DNA of 64,000 nt from Selaginella moellendorffii (Eukaryota > Plantae > Lycopodiophyta). Under the pieces are notes generated by a model. It saw only the letters and a program-made list of their open reading frames with translations, was not told the DNA's origin and made no database searches. Where the stretch lies: NCBI RefSeq assembly GCF_000143415.4, contig NW_003314270.1, forward strand, positions 789,236-853,235. The letters run 5' to 3'. A program made the translations under genes and the position numbers. This document shows, in pieces, positions 52,001 through 62,697 of this stretch (within the stretch, counting starts at the first letter, position 1; each line of letters begins with the position of its first letter).

Positions 52001-54730
52001 CAATGGAGTTTGTCACCACAACACACGGGACACCCTTGAGTAGTGCGGCTCGAAAGAATAGTCCGCCGCAGTTGTACTCGACAACGCATTTGCCCTTGGA
52101 GTCGGAAGCAGGTGACCCACCCGCTATTGCGTTGAAGACCCAGCTGAGCATTTCCCATGCTGCACCTGGAGCTTTCTTTGGATTCGAAAGCTCCATAGCC
52201 GTCTTCAGTTCCTCAGGCACGGGTAAATTGACCTCCCTCAGATCAATTCGATTGGCCTTGTTGAACGAAGCTGGGAAGTCACTCCAGTCCCACTCTGCTG
52301 CAGGACCAATAACAAGGGCGAGTGTGAAGATGTGGACATTCGTCGGTATCTTCTTCTTAGCCATTATCCCATGGATCTCCCGCATCTCCTTGCCTTTCAA
52401 CCGAGCCTTCACCTCGTTCAAGGCCTTCCAGAACTTGTGATAGGATTCGGAGTCGTAGATCATATAGTGGACTGAAGATTCCACCTCCGCAAGTCCCACC
52501 ATTAAGTCAATGATGGAGCTGACTTCGTTTGCATGAGTGATCTCCTCGTTTGTGAAGTCCATCACACAAAAGATGTTCTTGACCTGCTCATCTCCGCGGG
52601 AAACGATGCTCCTCCACCTTTGATCCTCATCCGAATTCAAGTATACCCGGTAAGGTTCTCGATAGGCCTCTGCTGCGGGGTCGAGCTGTTTCTGAAGCCG
52701 GCGGTCGACATCAATCTTAATGAAATTTGGATACTAATCCAACTTCTCAGCTTTACTTTTCGTGGCATCCCGCAGCAGATCGATGAACTTGGGGGCCCCC
52801 TTCACGTACTCGTCGATGTCTTCATTTGACAACTCCAGCGCTTCCATCATCTCTTGCGTGGTGTCGATGCTCACCCTCTCCACGGCCACTTGCTCGAAGA
52901 TCCAATCCTTCAATAGCGCACGAGCTCTCAGAGTCGTGCACAAGTCCTCGTATGTCACAATATGGCCGGGAGTCATTTTGGTCTTGTTGAAGACTACCTC
53001 ACCACGTAGAAGAGCATTAGCCACTGTCAGAAGGTCGTCGTCGTCTAGAGACCGCGAGAAACGCAAGGCGTTGAGCTTCAAATCATTGGGCTTCCGGCTG
53101 TCCTCCACACCCATTGAGTTTGGCAACTCCCCGTCATGGTACCTCCTCAGCACATCTACCCATTTGTCAAAAACAACTTTTGTCGCGAGTAGAATATTAT
53201 GGATGCTGAGTGTGTCATTGACCCCCAGTGTTTTCGAGAGAAGACTCGAGAATTCCTGCAATGGAAATGGCGTGAGGCCACATGCTATGCCACATGCAAC
53301 GAGGCTTACCTGCCAGGCGCTAGTTGCTAGTGCACGTCCTTGTCCTGGTTTTTGTGGCTTCTTCAGTTGAACCCAGAGCTTCCGTGTTCGTGCCAATGTC
53401 TCGTGCAGACCCGATTTGTAGCACGTTTCTTGCTTGACATTCTGCGCGTGGGAGATGTATATGATAGATCGGAGGGGCGAGTTGCCTTTTATTAGGCGGA
53501 CAACTCTTGTCTTGAAGACTTTCTTCACCTCCTCGCCCACCATAATATCCACAACTATCTCTTGCATTGCCAAGCTAGAATGCTGCCCGGAGACGGCATA
53601 GAACCGGATGTTCTGATCGTCCAACACCTTCCTATTGATCAAGTCTGGAAACCTCGTCTCGCCCTTTATTGTTCGGTAGTAGGGGATCACGTCTGCGATG
53701 TCGGGTGTTACTGGACTTGCCAGCATCTTCTGCTTCAGTTTCTCCACCCACTCATCAAATACTAGCCTGTGGTTGTATTTGCTTTGGATGTCGATACGGC
53801 TCATGTCGATTGTATATACTTTGTTGGAATAGTAACAAGTACTATTATCTGCGACGATTTTTGCTGCCTCTTCTTGCTCTTTCTGCTCTTTGCGGCTCTT
53901 CTTTTTGGTGGGTGTAGTGTTCGAACCCGAGGCAATGGCATCACTGAGTAGCTTCTTTTTTGGAGCAGGAGAGTCGGACGTCGGCTTGAGCTTGACCACC
54001 CTTTTCTGCTTCGAGGTAGTTTCCAGATCGACCCCCTTCCCCTTTGCTTCGCGAACTGGAGTCACTCTCAACGGCTCAATGTTGGAATATAGTTTTTGAA
54101 CATCGCCGTAGGTGAGGTCCGTGGATTCCATGTGATCTTCATAGACCCGCAGCGTCTTTGAAATTGTGGGCCTCCTGGACAACCTCTCCCTAGCTCCCTC
54201 TAGGAATTCCTCATAGCCGCTGCCCCCCTCCGGAAAGCCGCTAGGATGTGCAAGGTGGATCTTGAAGGCAGATGCTGTCTCTACCACAAGTGCCAGTCCA
54301 TATTCTTGCATGGAACTGCATGGAGTGTCTGTCACTTGGATGAGGATCCCCATGCATTCTTTTCTCCCACCATCTGTGTTGTACAGCCTCAGATCCTCGC
54401 CTTCCATCCCGAAAGTCCAACTAGTGAGCTCCTCCCCCTTCTCTGCATCCACATTGACAGTGGCTGGAAGAAGAACGCAATTCCTCGCCTGTTCAAAAAT
54501 GCACAACAATTAGAGCTGACAGATGAAAAGCTAGTAGCTGAAAATAACGTGAGGCCACACGCCATTCACCACTGCATCAGATGTCTTGAGGCTGCATCCT
54601 AAGATGGCGTGAGGCTACACGCCATCTGTAACCGGACTGCACTCGAGAGCCCAATCGGTGCATGCCAATGTTGCTACTGAATGGCATGTGGCCTCATGCC
54701 ATTTTCTACTTGGCCTAAAAGACTTACCAT
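49078..54730 (-). pseudogene. Transposon cargo gene: ParB-like domain + degenerate DNA MTase-like fold + acidic tract + FCP1/NIF HAD phosphatase-like domain (multi-exon, at least one nonsense codon)
   Basis: ORFs 52734-54509 and 51915-52640 are in one frame, separated by TAG at 52734. Small GT-AG introns link downstream exons. The last exon has CIVFDLNGVLF...GVWTSM...QEDC...KPIFVK...LIIDDSPIK (NIF family). The 5' end and fusion into one transcript are inferred. Confidence 0.6.
50921..51065. repeat. 15-bp/3-bp purine repeat encoding poly-E/D tract
   Basis: (tcctcctcttcttcg)n encodes EEEDEEEEDEEEEDE on the - strand. Confidence 0.85.
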
Positions 54731-55960
54731 TTGAAGCCGAATGGAGGCGTGACAACCGGACTCGCTGGCGAATGTGCACTGTGTGTGTAGCGGATCGTAG
54801 CAGCAAGGCTACTCTGCCACTTACAGTTGGAGAGTGGCGCTGAAATCTCCCGGGACGCCAAGTGGGCTGCGTGTGGGTGGCGGAGTGGGCGGCGGAGTTG
54901 GCGGCGAAGTTACAAACTGGGTGTGTCTTGAAGTGGACGCCGATGCACACGAGCGCGATGCGAGCGCGAGTGTGATGCAAGCGCGAGTGGACGCCGATGC
55001 ACACGAGAAACCTGTAGAGAAGTGGGAGCGCGATGCGAGCGCGAGTGTGCGAGTGCGAGTACGAAGCAAAATGCAAAACCTAACCTCACACGCGCGAAAT
55101 GTCACGACGGTTGGTAATCCCGCCACGTCATCATTTCTCGGACTTGGGCGCCACCATTAATTTCTGGATCGGCGCGCGCATGCGTGAAATCCAAAAGAAA
55201 TCCGCAACGTCATCATTCCTCGGACTGCATGCACGCGAAATCCAAAAGAAAGATCATGATTGGGATATCATTTAATACCCTCGCTATATTTATACCATGC
55301 ATGATTGGATATTCCAAAGCATCTTGTATTTCCAAAAATGCCAGATGTTCAGCTAAATAAATTGTCAGAGGATTTGATGTGACGTTCAAGCATGTGGGCT
55401 CATGCAATTTTGATCCCAAAAAATGCACCAAAAAATGTTCGGCGTCATCTGGCGTTATCTCTTGAATGGCGTGGGGCCGCATGCCATTTTCAGGAGCACA
55501 TAGGAGTATATTCCTAGAATATTCTGACACGCGCGAGATTGTTTTGAGTTTCCTGGAGATCCAACCGTTAGATCACAACTAGATTTTACAGAATGGTATA
55601 CAATGTCCTTCTTGATGACCCTGCAAAGAAGCATCTCGATCGGACACCACATGAGACCACACGAGCCTTACAATGTTTCAGGGGCATTTGCCATAGATCC
55701 GACCGTTATTTTGCTCCAAGATTCTACAGTTTGGTGTGCATTGACCTTTCCATCGACACTGCAAAGGGACATCACAATCAGATGTGGGATCACAAGAAAC
55801 CAACTTCACTAACTCTGGTTTCACCAAGATCTACGTAAGGAGTTATAAAATGAAAGGACCCTCTCTATTGAAATGTGTTTATGGTCCTAGGGGCATTGTG
55901 ACATATCAAAGGATTTTGCATTAAGTTCTGTATTTGCATGTTTATCAAGCTACTGAATTG

Positions 55961-55992
55961 CTAAACCCTAAACCCTAAACCCTAACCCTAAA
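55961..55992 (+). repeat. Interstitial plant telomere repeats (CCCTAAA)~4 / telo-box cluster
   Basis: ctaaaccctaaaccctaaaccctaaccctaaa. Confidence 0.85.
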
Positions 55993-57248
55993 CATGTGGC
56001 AAATGCTGCGTGAAGAAAGATGCCCTTTCTGGGCAAATGCTGTAAGAGGCAGATTCCGAGCAGATGTATCTCTGGCCAGCGAAGGGGACAAACGAAAGCT
56101 AGCTATAAACATGACGGGATGCAAATAGATTACTAGGCTGGTCCTGCGAAAATCAAAAACCATAATTGAAAACATTGAAAATGCAAAAAGAAAGGTTTAT
56201 AATATTTTTGAATTTTAAGCAACCAAATGAATGTAAGTAGGGCACGTGTTTGTAAGTTTAAAAATGCCTCAACCACTTAAATTCCCAAGTAAATAAAGCT
56301 GTTTCTATTTTTGGTACAGGTAAACTTTATAGCGTGTGGGCTCATGCAATTTTGAACCCAAAAATGCACCAAAAAATGCTCGACTAGCATTATTCTTTGA
56401 ATGGCGTGTGGCCTTATATTGCCATAAATGGACGTACACACACAGCATAATTATTCCTTTACACGGCGAATAATCTTGGCGCGGATCGCTGACATGGCAT
56501 GGCAAAGTTCGAATCACTGACATGGCACAGCTGGATCGAGGCAAGGACATGATGTGACAAAGTTCAACCTCCGACAGCAAAGTCTAGAAGCTACTCAGTT
56601 TGAAATTTGTCAGAGGAATCATAAGATCTGGTTTGTCAGAGGATTTGATGTGACGTTCAAGCGTGTGTTATTTTTGAATTCTCGAACTCATTCCTAGGTC
56701 TATCATTTTTGTGCGCCGTGTTCTTGGTTCCGCTGAGCGCAGTGAGCGCTGCTTGTGTAAGCGGCGTTGTGAGCTGTGGTTTATGCGTCTACAAGCGGTT
56801 GCGGCATTGCGAGCGCCATTGCGAGCGGCAGTTTATGCGAGTGGCAGTTTGTGCGAGCGGCGCTACGAGTAGTTGCGGTGTTGCGAGCGGCACTGTCTTT
56901 GGTGTGGCTACCGCTTCCTCTTGATATTCGGCACTTGTGCTTCCTGGTATGTTCACCATTGAATGGTTTAGGACCACATTTAGAAATGGCATGAGGCCAC
57001 ATGCCATCTTGGGCCCTTGCAATTTCATGGCTAGCGTATTGTCATGTATGTTTTTACTTGCCTGCAGCTGTGTGTATATCAAGATGGCATGAGGCCTCAT
57101 GCCAATTTTGTGAATGCGAAATTTCACGTGGGTGTCAATAGCATGTTTGAATAATGGCATGTGGCCTCATGCTATTTGGTATGTTATGATTTAGGCCATT
57201 CTCCAATCATTTTTTGTATGGTCTTAACTTCTTTTCTGCACTTTCAGA

Positions 57249-60200
57249 ATGGCCTTCAGGGTTGGGGAAAAGGTTTACATTTTGAATGGTGGGAAGAGAG
57301 TTGCAAAAGGGACCCTTGTGTCTATGGATCGGAACTTTGTTATACACTGTCAAAAGCTTGGGGAAGGCAATGCTGCTGTATCAGTAGAGACTGTCTTCGA
57401 TGGGAATGTGGTCGCTATTGAACGAGGAGAGATGGTCGTCGGGGTAAATGTTGTTGTTGCCTTGAAAAATCTGCAGAAGAAAGCAGATGTTGGGGACAGC
57501 GCAAGTGCGACGCATGTTCCCTCCGTGGATCTTAAGAACCGTGCTACATGGATTCAGGCAAAGGTGTTTCTAAACAACCCCGAAGGGGAGGTGGTAGCTG
57601 AGGGCTTAGCCACAGTTGTCGATCCAAGAGATGCGGTTGCTAATCAAGAATTGGGCTGGGATGATATTGGAGTTGCGATTTTAGAGGTTGTTGACACAGA
57701 AGAAAATAGTCTGACTATTGGAAGCATTGTGCGGTGGAAATTGAGGCATTTAGTGTTTGAGAATGTGAAGGATTCACAATCAAACACCACTACAACTGAT
57801 GACAGAACATCTCTTCATGGGAAAAGAAAGTACACCTTCCTACAGCGCAGCCAAAGGGATCTGAGCAACGAACCGAAAAGGCAGAAAATGGCGATGGAGG
57901 TTCGAATGGTCTCGACAGTTGCTTGTTGCAAGAGGAGGTGCTGTCAACATGCTGATTGGGATGCTATTGAAGAGGAGAGAGCAAGATACAAGACATTGTC
58001 CTGGAAGGCAGCTCGCAATTTTGTGTATGAGGCATTACGGTCATCTGTTGATGCTTCAGAACATCAGGTGGGGGGCATGGTCTTCCAGAGGGGTTTGGTC
58101 TGCATGAAGGCATGGAGAATCATTTATGGAGTCCCTCGAACCACATTCTACAGAATCAAAACTGAGTTCGAGGAACAAAGGGTTCAACAGGCAGTCCATG
58201 GGAACGACGGTACGCACAAAACCAGGGGTCATGTTGTATATGGAGAGGCAATCTTCAAGAGGTTTGTCGAGACATGTAGCGAGCAGCAACCACATAAAAC
58301 CCGCCTCTTGGAAGATGGAACACGAGACACCCAACGAGTTCTCCCTTCCATGTATACCAAGGGGGCCATATTGGAAGATGTGAATCGGGAACTCCAGAGT
58401 AATGGCTACAGGAAGCTGAGCCAATCTAGATTTAGTAGATTGTGAAGCAACAGGTTCAGGGATGTGAGTATAGGAAAGTACTCCAGCTTTTCAAAGTGTG
58501 ACGAGTGCACTGCTATCAAAATGGCTTTGTCGAAGAATTCTTGCAGCGCTCAAGAGCGAGAGGCGTTGGTTAGAAGGCGGCTTGACCACAACATTGAGCA
58601 GAGAAGCTGCAGGACTGCATATTATCATAACAGGATTCTCTCCATGGAGAGATCTGACTCTTACCTCTGCATCATCCACGACAAAATGGACCAGAAAAAG
58701 ACGTGCTTACCTCGACTCAATCCTGCTCCCAAGGCAATCTCTTCATCCATGCAGCTGCCTGTGTCTCTGTTTGGCATAATCGCTCATGGGCATGGTGCCC
58801 AGAACTATGGGAACTTCTTTGTACCTCTATGGGGTGGCGGGGGTGCAAACATGATGATTGCGTCCCTAGCAAAACACTTAAGGTCTTTGCAAAGTGCGCA
58901 GACTGAGTTGAACGGCCAACCCTTGCATAAGGCCCTTGTCGATCGAACCCCATACAGGGTTCAGCTGGAGGAGGAGCAAAGGCTTGCAGTATCGCGTGGG
59001 GCCCCATGCCATCCCAGTGAATATGTTGGCCGTCAGATTGTAGGGTTATCACGTGAGGCCTCATGCCATTCCGACGAGGCTGGTCGCCCAGTGAATGCAC
59101 AGCCTCATCCAAACGAAGCAGAATCTCAAGGAAGTTCTTGCGGCCGATGTGGCCTTCCACCCCATCTTCTGCTCCAAACAGACAATGCTGGCAGTGAGAA
59201 CAAAAACATGTACGTCTTCGCGTACTTGGCGATGCTTGTTGCCAAAGGCATATTTGAAACGGTTACACTTGGCTTTCTCATGGTTGGGCACACTCATGAA
59301 GACGTCGATGCCATGTTCAGTCACCTGGCAGAGTCCCTCCGGCGATCCAATGTCCTCACCCTCCCACAACTCTACGATGAATTCCAAAATTGCATCAAAG
59401 GCACTGTTGAAGCTGCACTTGTGACAGAGGTTCCAGACTTTAAGGGGTTTGTAAGAGGCTACATCAGGGACGGATCCAAAACGCTGATTGGCCACTCCAA
59501 GCCTCTTTAGTTTCATTTCAGCATGCGTGACGGTGCTCCAGTGATGAGGTACAAGATGAGAGAATGGGACACAGTGTGGCTGCCAGTGGATGGCATTGAA
59601 CTCTTCAAGAGAGATCCCATAACTGGGGAACCTATGATTCCTTAGGGTTCCCCACGGCCGATGCACCCGGATGGACTCAAAGACCAGGAAAGTATAGTGG
59701 CCGGGATTAGACAGCATATTGCCTTCTGGAAGAGGGGGTTGGTGTTTGGTGGAGAATCCTATTTTAAGAGGTGCAAGCCTTTGCTCGAATACTGGGATAA
59801 GATTATATCTGCTATCCAAAATAGGCCGGTTGTATATGAAGAATTGGAAGAGTCCTTTTGGCCAGAACCCAGAGCACTAGATAGTAGCGGAACAATGTCC
59901 TCTGGAAATGCAGTGACAGATAACGATGTTGAGGATCACTATTGTGGGCCGAGGAACAAGAAGCCGGATTCAGCATTCAATCCAGTACAGGTCTGCAAAG
60001 GAATGGTCGTGCTTGTCAGACCCAGTAATAAAAAACAAATGATATGGGTGGGGCGCTGCATCGCTGATGCAGAGGAGGACGTGGAAACTAACTCCTTCAA
60101 TGTAACTGTGGAGTGGTTCAAGCCAAGTTCCGGATATATGAAGGATTGCCTAGAAAAGAGATGGGTGCTGAATCCAAGGGATCCCAGCATGAGCATATCG

Positions 60201-60317
60201 GTGGATAATGTTGTGCATGGTTGGATGCGGAAGCAGAGTGCCACCATCACCTTGCCAGACCATGCAAGAGATGCAGCAAGAGCATTCATAACCCGGGTTC
60301 AAGCTGAGATTCATTAA
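57249..60317 (+). pseudogene. Sola-like DDD transposase (~1020 codons, three in-frame stops)
   Basis: One reading frame with stops at 58443, 59508 and 59643. Motifs: CCKRRCC, CMKAWRIIYGV, FSKCDEC, IIHDKMDQ, LQTDNAGSENKN, FLMVGHTHEDVDAMFS. Confidence 0.85.
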
Positions 60318-61006
60318 TATTCCTTTACTAAGTTTCTAATGTATTTTATTTCAAGGTGAACAATCCGAATCTGAATCAGAGGAGGCGTGATGGCATGTGG
60401 CCCTTTGCACTAGTATATCTTAATACCGGTCTGAGAAATAGAATGGCATGTGCCCTCAGGCCTTTTACTAAATCACCTTTGAAAGAAATGCAAGACTCTA
60501 TGTCGTAAAAAAAAGGTACTAGAGAAATTCCTTAATAATATGAATGTTATTTAGTTTCATGAAAATACACTAAGGGTCAAATGAGTTAAATGACTTCTCC
60601 AGACTAGCAATGCCTCTTGCTACACCTTCACAATTAGATTCGTTAGAAAAAGATAACATTGAATAATATCTAAATGTTCTCACCATTAAGTTATATGTCT
60701 GGCTAATAGGAATGACGTTCATCTTGGAAAGCTCACCACACGCTCAATGAACAAACAAATAGTGTGTGCGCGCATGCCATCGCTCTTCTTTAGCTTCAGA
60801 TTCGGCTTGTTCACCTTGACAATGAGATTTATTATACAACCAGATGGACTCAGTCTGGACACAAAGTCACCGCGCTAGTCACCATGCCCCAGATATGTCT
60901 AGCCCCTGGACAAAAAACATATAATTTCACGTCATTTTCAAATACTTGAAAATTTGTACCTAGTCCCATTTTACTGAATAAATCCCACTTTAACGAAATA
61001 GAGCTT

Positions 61007-61490
61007 ATACTCTCTATTAGATGCACTTTCATATTGTTCAAGCTCAATCCTCTTCTCCCGAATAAGCCCTATCACTTCATCATAAGTCCAATTGGATTGT
61101 CAATCACAAACACCTAGACCACCAAAACTCATGATAGGTCCACCAAGAACACTAGTAGCAACACTATGAGAACTTGCAGTAGCTCCAAAACCAAGAACAT
61201 GAGTTCCTAAACTTGTTCCACTACTATTGCTTCCACTTCCATGAACAACAGGATAGTGAGAGCTTGCACTTGTTCTAGGAAGAAGAGTTCCACCAGCACT
61301 TAGTCTAAGATCTCCAGCAGAAACACCATGAGAACTTACACTAAGACTTCTAGCAGCAACATAGTGAGAATTTGGGCCAAGAGTTCCATCAGCATCTAGG
61401 CCAAGATTTCCAACACCAACACTGTGAGAACTTAGGCTAAGACTTCTAACATCAACACTGTGAGAACTTTTTCCAGTCATCCATAGCACA
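61007..61490 (-). pseudogene. Harbinger ORF1 Myb/SANT protein, N-terminal part (with S/G-rich repeats)
   Basis: QSNWTYDEVIGLIREK.IELEQYESASNREY joins MVCSKGKWEKISK in frame when 48636-61006 and one TSD are removed. Confidence 0.75.
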
Positions 61491-62697
61491 TCCAGTAAAC
61501 ATGGCTAGAAGTAAAAGTGCTTCACTCTATATTCTATGCTCTAAAATGTGCTAGAAATACTTAGAAATGCCTAGTAATTAATCTCTTACCTCGCCTCCAC
61601 TGTGGTATGCTTGCCAACACTACACTTCACTTCTCTATGGGTATCACCATTACTTGTAGCCAACAATGTGTAAGCGACTAAATTTTCCATTCTACTTTAG
61701 TCACTTAACTAGACCTCCAACCATTTGGAGGAGTCTCACTCACAACCTTCATAAGTCCTATTCTGGATTTGGGACTGACTAGCCCGCAAATGGCATTCCT
61801 GCCACTCCACCTTTGCACTTAGTCTAAGTGCTCCACGTGTCTGATCCCATGACTGACACTTAAAGGTACTGCCAACATAGCAACCCGTTACGCTAAGGCC
61901 ATGCCCAATCACCTTTGGCGCACTGGTGGTCCAATACATCATACATCCCAATCCTGTCTCTCCAAGATTGGGCCATCCATCCATGAGTAGTCATCCCAGA
62001 TCCACTCCTTAGCTTCCTTATGATGCACACCGACAAGGGGAATAGCCTTCCCCAATATCCCTCTTGCAATCCCCACCAAGTCCCGTCCTACCCATGGCTA
62101 TGTTCACCAACACTGCCACTGGGTCAAGGCCCATAGACCTGACCACTAAGTCCCAACATCCTCTGGGACTTCCTCACCATGTGACTATATCCTTAGTCAC
62201 TACGCCAGAGGTCTACTCCTCTTCCTTTCCACAGTCTGGGACTTTGGGGCAACATTTCGGAACACTGTGGCCTTACGCGAGATACCTGGGTACTCTCCCT
62301 TCCTTCCGCCTTTGGGTGCTCTAGCCATGGGCTTAGAGTGAGGTTTCGTTGAGCCATGCTAGGTATCCAAATAGGTAGTGCCACCCACACTTGGACTGGG
62401 AGCATCGACCATTCAATCTCCCGGGGGAACTAGAGCTGACTCTTGAACACTTCACCAAGCTACCCCGCTTGTCTATCCATATTCACTTTAGCCTTGGACT
62501 TCCTAGTGGTCATCCCATCACCCAACAGTTGGGTATGGCCTTCCTGGGCCAAATTGGCCTTTCCTAGCCAAACTAGCTCCACTGGGCTCCAACCCCCACA
62601 CTCTCTTTACTATACTTTTGGAACCCCCCGCAGCCCCCCCCCCTCCCCCCCCCTGGGGAACGATTGTTTTGGGCTTTCACCTAACAGCTTTTATTAG

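Larger units (their letters stand above)
48636..61006. mobile_element. 12.4-kb cut-and-paste DNA transposon, Sola-like, with cargo gene
   Basis: Perfect 24-bp TIRs AAGCTCTATTTCGTTAAAGTGGGA (48636-48659; reverse complement at 60983-61006). 4-bp TSD ATAC (48632-35, 61007-10). Internal DDD transposase. Excision restores the Harbinger Myb reading frame. Confidence 0.93.

Noticed and set aside
57249-60317. In-frame stops as RNA-editing or readthrough sites
   Set aside because: Plant C/U editing is organellar; transition mutations in a methylated nuclear TE are the simpler explanation.
48731-60780. Dispersed palindromes as a CRISPR-like array
   Set aside because: Spacing is irregular (tens of bp to kb), the intervening DNA is coding exon sequence, there are no cas-like genes, and the context is eukaryotic.
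46108-61685. Harbinger TIR pair (taaccggttcacac vs gtgtaagcgactaa)
   Set aside because: The similarity is too weak to define the ends.
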